Shown: one piece after another, positions 41,201-54,864 of the stretch | How positions within the stretch are numbered: position 1 is the stretch's first letter | Layout of the letters: each line of letters opens with the position of its first letter | Assembly (NCBI GenBank): GCA_002269645.1 | Contig: NIVC01000691.1 | Location: 186,001-250,000, forward strand | Direction: 5' to 3' | DNA from: Macrostomum lignano | Taxonomy: Eukaryota | Length of the DNA stretch: 64,000 nt | Program-made: the position numbers and the translations under genes | The notes under the pieces: generated by a model | Told to the model about the DNA's origin: nothing | Databases searched by the model: none | Seen by the model: only the letters and a program-made list of their open reading frames with translations

Positions 41201-44200
41201 CGGCAGACAGCAGCGGATCAACAAAAAAGTTGGCAAAGCGGTCCAGACAGTCTGCAAAGCTCTCCTGACTGCAGTCAAAATAGAACATTGTTCGCTCCAT
41301 GTCGGTCCAAGCGTTGCTCTCCCCGCCTCGCTCGCTCACATAGGCATCGAAATCATTCTCTGTCGGGTACTTGGCCGATCCCATGAACACCATGTGCTCA
41401 AGGAAGTGCGCCAAGCCGGCCAGTTCGGCGCCTTCGTCGGAGCTGCCGCTGGCGATGCACAGGGCCGCTGCGGAGCGTCGGGCAGATGACGAAGCCTTGA
41501 CACCTCGGCTGCGCCCGGTTCTGCCTGCGGGATTCAAGTTGTGGGATATGGGATTCACAGCCATGAAGGCCAACCCCCGAGGCACACTGAAGTGTACATG
41601 TCAATGCTCGGTTCAAAAGCTACATGTAGTTTATTTAAAAATGTTTATTACACTTTTTTGTTTGCTTCCCAACAGGGGGGAGGGGTGTAGATTGCTAGTC
41701 TAAAGCTAACTTTGGAAGGATATTTTCATGCTTCTTCTACCAAATCCAATGGTCTTGTTGTGTGTTGAGCTTTGCAGATAACAGTTGTATTTTATCATAG
41801 GAAATAAGATGTAAGCATTACAGCATAGCAAGTCTTAAAGAAGGATTAGAATCAAGGCTAACATTGAAGGAATAAGTAACGGTGGGGGCGATTAACTTCA
41901 GGGCACAACAGGTCTGTCGGTATCTAGGTAGGCATCTATGTGATCGATTAGAGAATAAATGGCTCAACCGATTTTCTTAGAACTTGCACTGTTCGATAAA
42001 AAATTTTTAACAGTAAATATATAAGCATAAACAGGATAAATTACCAGAATCTGACCCAACCGATTCCCTGTCACTGTCATCAGAACTGCCAGATGCACTG
42101 TTATCTGCATCATTGTCACTGTCACTGGAATCATTGCCATCCTCAGCATCATAGTTGTCTCTGTTAGCTGATGAAGAATTACTAATTGGGGCACTCTTTA
42201 AGCCTTCTGGCTCGTGGACAAGCAGCACTTGAAGGCCATTGTCTAGCAGTAAGTGTCTAAAATTATCAAATTTAAAGAAAATTGAAAAATTGAAATTTTT
42301 AACTTAAAAGGATATTATTTTAAACGTTTTTTTGTAAATAAAAGTATATCTTTACATGCATATACATGTAATGTACAAAATATTATATCATTACCAATCT
42401 TATAAATACAAACTAGACAAGCTGTCGAACCCCGCGGATTTTAAACCCGCTGAATTCCAATCCCCGGAACAATTTTTGCAAAAATTCATAAATTTGAAGT
42501 CATACTCAAACAAAAACTTGTTAATAGTTACGATAGAGGTTTTAGAAGTGGAGAATTTATCTCATCTCATTTCTCTCATCGCTGTTCTCTGCTCTCTACT
42601 CGTTTCTCTCTCATCTCTGCTCTCTCCACTCTCGTCTCCTCTCTCTGTTCTCACTTCTCACACCTCTCTTCGATTCTCTCTCCTTTCTCCTCTCTTCCTT
42701 CCCCTATCTCTCCTCTCTTTAATCTCGTCTCTGCTGTCTCTTCTGTACTCTTCTCTTCCCCTCTTCTGACTCCTCTCCTCTCTTCTCTTCTCTTCCCTCT
42801 TTTATGCTCTTTCCCTTTGATCTCTCTCCTCTCCTCGATTCTTTTTTCTCTCTAATTTTCCTTTCTTGTCTTTTCTCTCTTATCATTCCTCTCCTCTACC
42901 CTCTCATCTCCTATCTCTACTCTCTTATCTCTCATCTTTCCTCTCCTCTACCCTCTCATCTCCCATCTCTACTCTCTTATTTACTGTCTCTCCTCTCTAC
43001 TGTCTCCTCTTTACTCTCGCATCTCTCCTCTCTTGTCTCTCCTCTTCTCTCTAACCTCTCAACTCTCCTGTCTGCTTTTTTCTCCTCCCTCTTCTCACTT
43101 TTCCACTCGTATTTCTTCTCTCTTTAATCTGTTCTCAGTTCTCTCATCTCTCACCTCTACTCTCTTATCCATCGTCTCTCTATACTCTCCTCTCTGCTCT
43201 TGCATTTCTTATCTCTCTTATCTTCTTTCTCCTATCTACTCTCTTTCTCTCTACTGTCGACTCTCTCCTCTCTACCCATTCATCTTTATCTCTACTCTCT
43301 TATCTCTCTTCTCTTATTTCTAATATGTACTCTCTTATCTATTATCTCTCCTCTCCCCTCTAGCTCTTCTGTCCTCTCCTCTATTCTCTGTTTTCTTTCT
43401 CTCTCTCCCTTCAACTCTCTCATGCGCTCTCTCAATCTCATGTTTTATCACCTTTTCTCTCTATCCCCTTTAATTTCCTCACTTATCTGGCCTGCAGCCA
43501 TGAGAGGAGCTGGATTCTCTATTGGGCCCTCGAGGTAACAAAATGTAAGTCGCAAGTCTCCAGAGAGTAGCAGGGTGATACCCATTAAGCTGGTTGTTTA
43601 GGCACAGATCCTATAGCATACATGCGCAACTGCTGGCCAACCTGACCAACGTAAATTGTGGTGGAACAGGGGTAAGTCGCAAAAATGCCCACCCCAAAGA
43701 ATACGGACGTAATACTAATTAGATGACAAGGCATTTAGCCCTTATAAGACAGTCATAGATACTCCTGCCGTTTACCCAAAATTGCGTTAATTTTGCTTTA
43801 GGGTGCTCAAGTGATTGGAAAGTCAGTTTATGGGACAAAATACTCTCAACTCAATCAGATAGTAGGACAGTGGGTTAGAATTTCTCACTAAACTGTCATG
43901 GCTAAAGGTAGCCTCTCTATGGGGATGCAAAAAGGGCTATAAAAAAGTTATTCCAAAACACTGTACATTTGCTATGTACATTCAGCCCTATTGCCTGACC
44001 CTTAGTGTATGGGGATGATTGAGCAGCACAAACAACAGAAGAAGCAAATGAACTTTATATGCTTATCATTTCTGTCCTGATTGAATTATAGAGCTGAGAC
44101 TTTACATTTAGACAGAGAATAAGTTAATAAAGAATTGTGTTAAGTTTGAAGTCAATTGCTTTATATGAAGCAAGCTTATGGCAGCCGAAATTTAGTCAAT

Positions 44201-46277
44201 TTTGAAACCCTTTTTTACACATCTCACCAAAGAAGGGAAAGAGAGAAAGGCAGAGGTTAGGGTGGTTGCCCCTATTGGAATAAATGTTAAAAACCCGTGG
44301 ACGCGCGCTTTAGAAAAGAGTCAAACTATTTTACCGCGCTTTAGGATTATTAGAGATGTTCCAAAAGATCTGCAGTTTCGTCGAAATCAAAATTTGCTAA
44401 CTTTCCAAAATCAAAATTGAAATTTCCCGAAATCATAATTCAGAAAAACAAAGTTTAGTATGATCAACACACACTTTTTTACTTTTAATTTACTGCTTAA
44501 GCAAAAAGTAATACATGTATATGTAGTAGAAAGTAGTTTATTTTTAGCAACTTTTTAGACACTACCAAAATTTTCACTTCTAAATTTTATTTTGAAATTG
44601 AAATTTGCTCTAAAAAATTTCAAATTTTGGAAAATTGAAATTGAATTTTCGGAACATCTCTAAGCTTAATAAATTACGAGTGTATAAGCCCCTTCAACAG
44701 AGGTATTATACCCATTTCCATGTATATGTATTTGCTAGAGCAGCAGCCAGTAAGAAAGGGCAGCGCGCGCAGGCGCTGCGCCTGTGCGCGCGCTGCGCTT
44801 TAGAAAAATTTCAAAAGTGCGCCGGACACCGTCCGCGGTTTTACAACTTTTTCCTATAGGGGTGGTTGCTATGCTAACAAGAAGCAGACTAACTTTAAAA
44901 GTGCATAGCACCGTTCAAGACATACATGCGCAACCCCCTGATTTACACTGGCCATGCGACTTACTTTTTGACCAAAAATGCAACTTACCTATGAAAGAAA
45001 CCCTAACGCAATTTTGGGTAAACGGCAGGAGTAACTATGACTGTCTTATAAGGGCTAAATGCCTTGTCATCTAATTAGTACTACATTTGTATTCTTTAGG
45101 CTGGGCATTTTTGTGACTTACCCCTGGTCTACCACAATTTACAGTGGCCAGATCAGCCAGGTCGGCCAGCAGTTGCGCATGTATGGTTCAAGATTAACTT
45201 TGAGACTTGAAATTTTATATTATTGAATTAAAACAGATTTGAATCTTTTGTATCAAATTTGAAGATGATTGGTAAAAGTGGAATGGCACTACAGAGGATG
45301 TAATGAAAAAAAATGCGCATTTTGACTGATATTAAGCAGTTTTTTGCAGTTTTAGATAAGGTTTTGGATTTGGGAAATTTTTAGATAGCGTAAGACATTT
45401 AACGGTAACCTAGAGTGACTTTAGGGTAGGTGAAAAGTTTGGTATAATTTGGTTAAGCAGTTTGGGAGTCTATACTATCAAACAAATTTGTATAAACATA
45501 GATAAACAGATAGAGTTTTCATTTTTAGGTATAGATTTTCATTTGTATAAGAACTATGTCATCATTTTTATACAATGATGTATAAATACAATGATGTATA
45601 AATAGATGTATAAATTAGGGGCCTTGCAAGTATTTAACAAGAAATTAAAAGGTAAGACTAAGTTCTAGCATAAAAAAAATTAATGTAAGACATGTCTTAT
45701 GTTATTTAATATGAAATGCTAAGTCTAAAAACTAAAAGAAACTACTTTTTCAATTCTAAACAAAGATTTATTCACAAGGCCCATCTATTAAAGTTTTATA
45801 CATTTAAAATTTTGACCAAATTTCAAAAAATTCCTTGGCCAGAAAACAACTTTAAATATTTAGAATAGATTTATATCTAGGCCTAGTATAACAGGAAATA
45901 TAGGATATGGCACACCATTCAAGGAAAGGGTAAAAGTAATTGCACAGAGCACACTATCTGGATTGCATTGCACATTTATTCATTCCTTGTTATATATTAT
46001 AAGATAGAGTTTTGATTTTTATATGTAGATTAGGCCCTAATTGTACATTTAGCCTGATTTAGGCCTATTATTTTACTCACCTGTACTGCTTTTTATCAGC
46101 TTCACTGATAATAAACTGATCGTAATAGCTAAAGCTAAAAAATTCACTCCCATTGGCACTATCTGCTTTTGACAATGCAGGATCGTTTTCACTTCTTTGA
46201 CCTTGAGTTGATTCACTGCTGTGCTGTTCATCATCGGCCATAGAAACTGAACTTTCCAGTTTCTCTTCCTGACTCAT
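29867..46277 (-). CDS. NRDC: Nardilysin-like M16A (insulysin family) zinc metallopeptidase, 16 exons, 1133 aa
   Basis: Exons (minus): 46277-46081, 42256-42045, 41524-41184, 40518-40224, 39287-38599, 37672-37478, 35576-35486, 35376-35325, 35068-34985, 34040-33971, 33867-33722, 32452-32293, 32199-32131, 31781-31635, 30993-30556, 30082-29867; sum 3402 nt, all phases consistent. Acidic stretch in exon 2, inverted zinc motif [42 protein letters not shown]. Confidence 0.9.
30117..30510. repeat. ~23-bp minisatellite in NRDC intron 15
   Basis: gatgagtagatatgattctcatg-like units, degenerate. Confidence 0.85.
31050..31560. repeat. 21-bp minisatellite in NRDC intron 14
   Basis: ggattagcggtaggatcaacc-like units. 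Confidence 0.9.
32540..33655. repeat. Polypurine (GA-rich) ~22-bp repeat in NRDC intron 11
   Basis: ggagaagggagagagg-type units, almost no pyrimidines on +. Confidence 0.95.
34190..34745. repeat. 20-bp minisatellite in NRDC intron 9
   Basis: cattcccctccctctcacac units preceded by a (CT)n run. Confidence 0.95.
35132..35312. repeat. (GACA)n microsatellite in NRDC intron 8
   Basis: Near-perfect tetranucleotide run. Confidence 0.95.
35680..37450. repeat. 24-bp minisatellite in NRDC intron 6
   Basis: aaatcccaaccatttataatcccc units, ~73 copies. Confidence 0.95.
37775..38597. repeat. 37/41-bp minisatellite in NRDC intron 5
   Basis: cacagccagtgacccaatcacaatgtcacttattaaa units abutting the exon 5 donor. 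Confidence 0.95.
39490..40205. repeat. 21-23 bp minisatellite in NRDC intron 4
   Basis: agtctgaccctagcaac(acac/gagac/tcagcat) units. Confidence 0.95.
40635..41140. repeat. 25/31-bp minisatellite in NRDC intron 3
   Basis: ggataaggatgggatcccaggtgta units. Confidence 0.95.
42560..43480. repeat. CT-rich low-complexity tract in NRDC intron 1
   Basis: About 900 bp of irregular pyrimidine-rich sequence on +. Confidence 0.85.
43617..43790 (-). mobile_element. Partial inverted copy of the 265-bp MITE at 44921-45185
   Basis: Matches the reverse complement of ~45003-45185 (catacatgcgcaactgctggcc...tttacccaaaattgcgtta) with scattered differences. Confidence 0.8.
44921..45185. mobile_element. 265-bp MITE with 14-bp TIRs and 8-bp TSD (hAT-like)
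   Basis: CATACATGCGCAAC...GTTGCGCATGTATG; GTTCAAGA at 44913-44920 and 45186-45193. Confidence 0.85.
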
Positions 46278-46999
46278 TGCGACAAATTACCCAGACTAAT
46301 ATATTCGAAATTTTAATTTCGTGTTTTCGAATGATTAGTTGTGACGCTGACCTGCGTGGGGAAAATTCTCTGGATGATGCGTGCGTACTGCATACAAGCA
46401 GCAGCTCCAGGCATCCGACATGCCGCGGTACGAGTTTAAAATAGTTTCGAGGAAAGAAGAGATTAACACATTGTATATATAATAATAAGTAAGTAATGAC
46501 CAAAGTAATAAACAAACAAAAAGGTAAATTTATTTCTGCTCTGTTTTTTATATTCAGTTGCAAATAAAACTAATGCTTGTCAATAACTTCTCTTTTCTGC
46601 AACTTTACAATCTAAATTCTGAAATTTCTTTCAACTTAGCTGCTCTCTGTGAAATTTCAGTCTGCACAGCAAATCTAGCTGGTGAACAATATTTTTTCAG
46701 ATCTACACGCTCACTTACCATTTGAATTCTTTTGAGGGGGAAGTTGAAAGTTGAGTAAGTTGAACTCGCTGCTTTTTGCACTGGAACGAGAGGAAAATAA
46801 TTTACATGTAAAGAAATAATTGGCCACGTACGCTACCTTTGCGCCCTAGTCAAAAGAATTCCCCTATGCACCAGTCCTTCCAGTGACTGTCTAAGCTTTT
46901 CAATAGACACCTCGCATTGAGTCCCTTGAATTGGCCATTGATTTACTTGACTTAGCTGCAGGGGGCTCCGTGCGTCCGGAAACAGCGAGGAGGCGTTGC

Positions 47000-48210
47000 C
47001 GCCCATTTCGCTAACCCAGCTGGCGACCACGGGCAGCTAAACTGCGGTGTCGCACAGGGAGAGTTCAGGTGGTGCCGGTGTCCGCAGCGCGGTCCCCCTC
47101 CGGAGAGTCCAGGAGGTGGATTGTCGCTCGCCCGGTAGCCCTTAGGTAGCGGACGAGCTGGCAGAGATTCTCGGGCCCGAAAACGTCGGAGAGGTCCGGG
47201 TCAAGGACTACTTAAGAATTCTGCCAATATTTGCAAGTGTAACGTCATGTGTTCTTAAGTAGTCCTTGGTCCGGGTTTGGGCCAAGGTAGGTGAGCCTGA
47301 CCTGAGTAAAGGCGGGGCATTCACAGGATGAAGTGCTCCGCATTCTCGACACAGGAGAGGCAGAAAGGGCATTCCTCACTGCGGATTTTTCCCTGGAGCT
47401 GGCGATGCCTGGCAAAATGCCATGACCCGATCGAGGGCCATGGTCACCGCCCTGATGTCCCTGCGGTTGAGTCCAAGCAGGGCCTTGCGCAGGGCGGAGG
47501 AAGGACAGGGGACAGCCCGCAGTCGGTGGCAGTCGGGGGCGCTAGCCCACCTCTCTCTGTGCTTTGAAGCCACCCACTGGTTGATCCGAGTCATGGTGAC
47601 AATGGCGGTGGGGGTGGGGGCCACGGCCGCGGTGGACCAGTAAAAGAACCGGTCGAGCCAGCCTTGGCCAGGCGATCGGCCAACTTGTTGCCGGGGTGGC
47701 CCGAGTGCCCGGGGATCCATCTTAGGGACACCTTGTTGGAGGCGCCTAAGCGGTTGAGCTGCCCCGATGCAGTCCAGGACTGTACGCGAGCAGGTGGTGG
47801 TGCGCTCAAGGGCGTGGATCGCCGCTTGACTGTCCGAGTGGAGGGTAATCTCCTTCCCCCAGACGCGCTGATTGTACAGCTCCATGGCGCAGGAGCTGAT
47901 GGCGAGAACTCGGTTCTGGAAGACGGTGGAGCAGGTGCCGGTGTGTTGGGAGAAGGTCGCCACAGTTCTCCCTCCAGACACGATGCAGTAGCCGTAGCCA
48001 GAGGCGGAGTTGATTTGGGACCCGTCAGTGAAGCAGTGGATTTCACGGGATTTCCAGTTGTCCCTTGCTTCATGACATGGTGGAATGCTGGTTTTGAATT
48101 TGAGCGGAGGGCAGAGCGTGGACGGAATTCCGTCCGAGAGGGTCAGCAGGCCTCCCGCTGCTTCCAGGTCTGGTCGCCGTGCGGCCGGAGGTGGATTGGC
48201 CATTGCTAGA
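47000..48210 (-). mobile_element. 5'-truncated, frameshifted non-LTR retrotransposon fragment (RNase H + C-terminal CCHC; LOA/I/R1-like)
   Basis: [44 protein letters not shown], downstream CPFC..ENAEHF..C; boundaries approximate. Confidence 0.85.
47202..47268. mobile_element. 67-bp mini-MITE with 17-bp TIRs and 8-bp TSD, inserted in the LINE fragment
   Basis: CAAGGACTACTTAAGAA...TTCTTAAGTAGTCCTTG; GTCCGGGT at 47194-47201 and 47269-47276. Confidence 0.85.
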
Positions 48211-49282
48211 CAAGCTCAGTACATGAAATGCCCCCAAATCTTGGCCCGCAACAGGATCGGAGCTATATGTTGGGGGGTCCCTGTCATTTGCGCAGGAATT
48301 TCTCCAGGAAACTGTAGTATAACAACAGGACGTAAAACACAGACGTGTAGTTTTTAGGTGACCATTTTCTGAAAAAAATACACTGCAGAAATAGGAAAAA
48401 ATCTCATGATTGCATTTGCTCTGGGCAGTAAGATATACCATTCTGTAATTTACATGTTAGCATGTACAACATGCTCATCTATTGTATTTTATATATGAGA
48501 TAGTTTTGTAGAGAAAGTTTCATTTTCATATCGTTTTCATTTTATTTCATAAGCCCAAGCCAAATTAATTAGTTGCAATTTTAAATACTCACAAGTGTAA
48601 TTTTTTGTTTGATTGTTCCTTCTTGAATCCAAACTGAATCCAAGAATGAATAACCTCGCCTCAGGCGCCAAAACTGAGGATCCGGGATCCGGGGGCACCA
48701 AACTCCTGCGACCCTCTAATTGTGGGGACGCTTTAATTTTAGGTCCCCTCACAACCGTGAATGGCTGAGGCAATTTCAGTTAATTCCGCTAGAATCCTGG
48801 CTCCTGATTCACTCACTTATAAACACACTACTTACGCAGGGTGTACACAGCGGGCATGAATTTCTGATTTTCAGTCATGTACACTGAGGTTGGCCCTCAT
48901 GAGCGAGAATGGCGCGACAACCGGACAAATGACGCGATCGAGAGCCAGACGAGTTTACAGCTGAGAGCTGCTCTGATGACCCGTGACGCGCCTTTGAATA
49001 CATGCATGTGCAGCTACGAAACTCAGCTGCAGTAGCGTGGGAAGAAATTTTTCTTGCAAACTATTTTTATTATTCATATTGCGGTTCACTAAAACATTGT
49101 ACTGGAGAGTCTACATAAAATAAAACCCATTCTTCGAAGGTTCTACAAGGCACACATAAGCGAATACACGTACTTATGCTGCAGTATTAACTACTTCTAT
49201 CATTACAACGCTACACTGTTTAAGCCAATAAACGTTCTCTGTTGCACCGATTGTAGTTCGGCAATACAGCAAGGCTGACTGC

Positions 49283-50325
49283 TCAATATCGAACGCCGTG
49301 GATTTTGTCCGCCAGCTTGAACAGTCCCTTGTTTGCCTCTTTCTTGAAGATTTTGTACGGAGCCTTCAGTACGGCGATCGCGACTCCTGCATGCAAATTT
49401 TTGGCATTCACTTGAGTTTTGAAATTTTACCTTTTGCGTCTAACAGATGGCACCCGTGTCTAACAGCTGTGGTGTGTCTAGCAGCTGTGGTGTGTCTAAC
49501 AGCTGTGGTGTGTCTAGCAGCTGTGGTGTGTCTAACAGCTGTGGTGTGTCTAACAGCTGTGGTGTGTCTAACATGCAGCTGTGGTGTGTCTAACATGCAG
49601 CTGTGGTGTGTCTAACATGCAGCTGTGGTGTGTCTAACAGCTGTGGTGTGTCTAACAGCTGTGGTGTGTCTAACAGCTGTGGTGTGTCTAACAGCTGTGG
49701 TGTGTCTAACAGCTGTGGTGTGTCTAACATGCAGCTGTGGTGTGTCTAACAGCTGTAATGTGTCTAACAGCTGTGGTGTGTCTAACAGCTGTAATGTGTC
49801 TAACAGCTGTAATGTGTCTAACAGCTGTGGTGTGTCTAACATGCAGCTGTGGTGTGTCTAACAGCTGTGGTGTGTCTAACAGCTGTGGTGTGTCTAACAG
49901 CTGTGGTGTGTCTAACAGCTGTGGTGTGTCTAACAGCTGTGGTGTGTCTAACAGCTGTGGTGTGTCTAACAGCTGTGGTGTGTCTAACAGCTGTGGTGTG
50001 TCTAACAGCTGTGGTGTGTCTAACATGCAGCTGTGGTGTGTCTAACAGCTGTGGTGTGTCTAACAGCTGTGGTGTGTCTAACAGCTGTGTGTCTAACAGC
50101 TGTGTGTCTAACAGATCAGATGTCTCTAACAGCTGACATCAGAGTCTAACACTTGAGATAGCCATCTAACAGCTAGCACTGGAGTCTACTTGCGTGCAAA
50201 TCTGTGCAAATAAAATTTTGGCGACATCCAAAAAACTTACTCTTTGGGCATCCGTCAGCCACTGAGGTGCTCATGATGACGAGACTGAGTGCTGCTATGA
50301 TGAACAGAAACCGCCACATGCGCAT
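49283..50325 (-). CDS. Secreted cationic peptide P1, 2 exons, 62 aa, no recognised family
   Basis: Exons 50325-50241 and 49386-49283, a|gtaagt donor, tgcag acceptor, phase 1: MRMWRFLFIIAALSLVIMSTSVADGCPKRVAIAVLKAPYKIFKKEANKGLFKLADKIHGVRY*. Hydrophobic signal peptide; paralogy to P2 and P3. Confidence 0.8.
49455..50110. repeat. 18-bp minisatellite in P1 intron
   Basis: ctaacagctgtggtgtgt units. Confidence 0.95.
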
Positions 50326-50560
50326 GTCGATAGCGGGTTGAGCTGCTAAACTGCTCAATAGACAGCAGGATGACTTACTTGTTATTGAAATGGCTTGCGA
50401 TGGCTATAAAGTAGATGCATCAATTGCGCATCATATTTTGTAAGAACGCATTCCCAAGTTCTCAGTAATTCGTTCCTTAAAAGAATAAGTAATATAACTT
50501 ATGATTGCAGTATCTCTATGGTCTAACCAGTCAACTTACACTACTCGGTTTTAAAATAAC

Positions 50561-51811
<1,251 letters not shown>

Positions 51812-52275
51812 TGTTAAATGCGGTTAAATCAGATGATTAGGAACGTTTCAGAAAATTTACTGTAAATGTCTAACTTTAAATAAATCTCGTTTAAAGTTAA
51901 GATGTAAATTCTTGTTTTCAGTTAAAAATACTTCAAAAATAGTTACACGTAACTTAAATATTTCCTTTCTTTTATATTTTTGTTTATTTAATGTTGTTAA
52001 CAATGAAATTCCCAAATTGCATTTTCAACAAAATAAAACTTGTAACCACTATCGACATAGCGTCGTGTTGTCGTGTTTCAATGAAAAAAAAACAAAAAAA
52101 ATTACTTCTACCAGTCATGCAAAAGGTTTCGCATTACCTAACACAGATTATTAATGGTTCACTCGAGTTTCTTACTACTCCAAGACAATAAAATAGGTCT
52201 AAAAGTGCTACTTAAAGTAAGCAATAAGAGCACGTAGTCAGAAAATATTTAAATTTAACAAATAAGTGTTGCAAT

Positions 52276-54230
52276 CTACCTGCCCATTGCCTGCTTCATA
52301 GCTTTTTTGGCGGCTTCTTTTTCTACTTTAGTCTTCACTTTGTCCAGACCGCTCATTACTTTGTTCAAGTTCTCCACCTTCTTACTCTGGGGCGGCACCT
52401 TACCCGGCGACAGCTGACCCGGCAGCTGACCCGGCCGCGCCAGGCCGTGCTTGTTAACAGCTTTGGCTGTGGCCTTGTTGGCTGCCGCCTCCGCCATGCG
52501 CTGGGTGGTGGCAGCGACAGTGTTCCTGCCGGGGTCGTGGATTTTGTCAGCCAGCTGGTACAACTTCTTGTTAACGAACCTTTGGCCGCCTTTAAATGAA
52601 CTCTTAACAATTGACTTGGTTAAAGCTGCAATTGAGATTAGTGTCAGTCTGTTAGCGTTTTCTGAGTGTCAAATTGTTACGCAAGTTCATAACATTTTTT
52701 CTAAATATCAGTTCACGTCAGTTTGTGTCAGTTCACATCAGTTTGTGTCAGTTCACATCAGTTTGTGTCAGTTCGCGTCAGTTGGTGTCAGTTCACGTTA
52801 GTTTGTGTCAGTTCATGTCAGTTTGTGTCAGTTCACGTCACTTTGTGTCAGTTCATGTCAGTTTGTGTCAGTTCGCGTCAGTTTGTATCAGTTCATGTCA
52901 GTTTGTGACAGTTCACGTCACTTTGTGTCAGTTCATGTCAGTTTGTGTCAGTTTGCTTCACTTTGTGTCAGTTTACGCCAGTTTGTGTCAGTTCACTTCA
53001 CTTTGTGTCAGTTCACGCCAGTTTGTGTTAGTTCACGTCAGTTTGTGTCAGTTCACGTCAGTTTGTGTCAGTTCACGTCACTTTGTGTCAGTTCACGTCA
53101 GTTTGTGTCAGTTCACGTCACTTTGTGTCAGTTCACTTCACTTTGTGTCAGTTCACGCCAGTTTGTGTCAGTTCACGCCAGTTTGTGTCAGTTCACGTCA
53201 TTGTGTCAATTCACGTCAGTTTGTGTCAGTTCACGTCAGTTTGTGTCAGTTCATTTCACTTTGTGTCAGTTCACGTCACTTTGTGTCAATTCACGTCAGT
53301 TTGTGTCAGTTCACGTCACTTTGTGTCAGTTCACGTCACTTTGTGTCAATTCACGTCAGTTTGTGTCAGTTCACGTCAGTTTGTGTCAGTTCACGTCAGT
53401 TTGTGTCAGTTCACGTCATTGTGTCAGTTCACGTCAGTTTGTGTCTGTTCACGTCACTTTGTGTCAGTTTACGCCAGTTTGTGTCAGTTCACGTCACTTT
53501 GTGTCAGTTCACTTCACTTTGTGTCAGTTCACGCCAGTTTGTGTCAGTTCACGTCAGTTTGTGTCAGTTCACGTCAGTTTGTGTCAGTTCACGTCACTTT
53601 GTGTCAGTTCACGTCAGTTTGTGTCAGTTCACGTCAGTTTATGTCAGTTCACGTCAGTTTGTGTCAATTCACGTCAGTTTGTGTCAGTTCACGTCACTTT
53701 GTGTCAGTTCACGTCAGTTTGTGTCAGTTCACGTCAGTTTGTCTCAGTTCACGTCACTTTGTGTCAGCTCATGTCAGTTTATGTCAGTTCGCGTCAGTTT
53801 GTGTCAGTTCACGCCAGTTTGTGTCAGTTCACGTCAGTTTATGTCAGTTCACGTCAGTTTGTGTCAATTCACGTCAGTTTGTGTCAGTTCACGTCAGTTT
53901 GTGTCAGTTCACGTCACTTTGTGTCAGCTCATGTCAGTTTGTGTCAGTTCATCACATTCTGTCAGTAATTCTTTGTGTCAACTCATTACATTTTGTGTCA
54001 GCTTATTAAACTTTGTGTCAGCTCATAACATTTTGTGTCAGCTCATTAAATTTTGTGTCAGCTCAATAAACTTTGTATCAGCTAGCTCATTACATTTTGT
54101 GTAAAAAATGGTTTGTTAAAATTTAATAAACAAGCTTACAGATGGGACATCCGTGTCCCAAATCCACCAGTTGAGAAGCTGTTAAGAGAACAGTGAGCAC
54201 TGCGATAAAGTGCGTCAAGTTCGTACTCAT
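52276..54230 (-). CDS. Secreted cationic peptide P2, 2 exons, 146 aa, no recognised family
   Basis: Exons 54230-54140 and 52625-52276, t|gtaagc donor, tgcag acceptor, phase 1: MSTNLTHFIAVLTVLLTASQLVDLGHGCPISLTKSIVKSSFKGGQRFVNKKLYQLADKIHDPGR...KEAAKKAMKQAMGR*. Confidence 0.8.
52705..54100. repeat. 20-bp minisatellite in P2 intron
   Basis: gtcagttcacgtcagtttgt units, degenerate toward 54100. Confidence 0.95.
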
Positions 54231-54864
54231 TGGAACCAACTCGCGGCTTGAGTTATTCAGTGACAGCAACTAGCACCCATTTATTTGGTTTGATCAATTA
54301 GTTTGACGACAAATAAACTCGTGTGCTTAAAAAACTAGTCTAAAATGGCTGAGAGTCTAAATCAAGACTTCTCATGCATATTCTACCTGGTTGAAGAATT
54401 TGAAACAGGTAGGTTTAACCATAGACGAAACAATTGACTCGCCAATGCTCACTATGAGGCTTTCAAATATAGCTTTTTTGGTTAATAACACTGAGACAAT
54501 TAAAGAGAAAGTAAAATATGATTTACAACAGCTTTTGATTAATAAAATTAAACATTTAAGTGCACCTTTATATTTAATAAATAATTTGGACCTAACAAAG
54601 CATTTAAAAAATATACTTTAGAAAACCTTTTGGCATGTACCTATTGAGATAGGCTTAAATGGAAATTCACTCTTGTTTTTTGGCACCTAGAAGTTTTACG
54701 GGACAGTCATCGCAAAAAGTGACTTCAGTGATGCGCTTCTGAAATATCTGACTGGCATGCAGCTGAAGAGTGTTTTACACCGAGTGTACTACAGTGTTGA
54801 AGTTCTCTGACTATTAGGTTAGAGTTGTAAGACTAGGATGTCCCAGGATTGTGGTGGTTATATA

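Noticed and set aside
52674-54104. 476-aa Cys/Val/Ser-rich ORF
   Set aside because: 20-bp repeat lacking stops on one strand; lies in the P2 intron.
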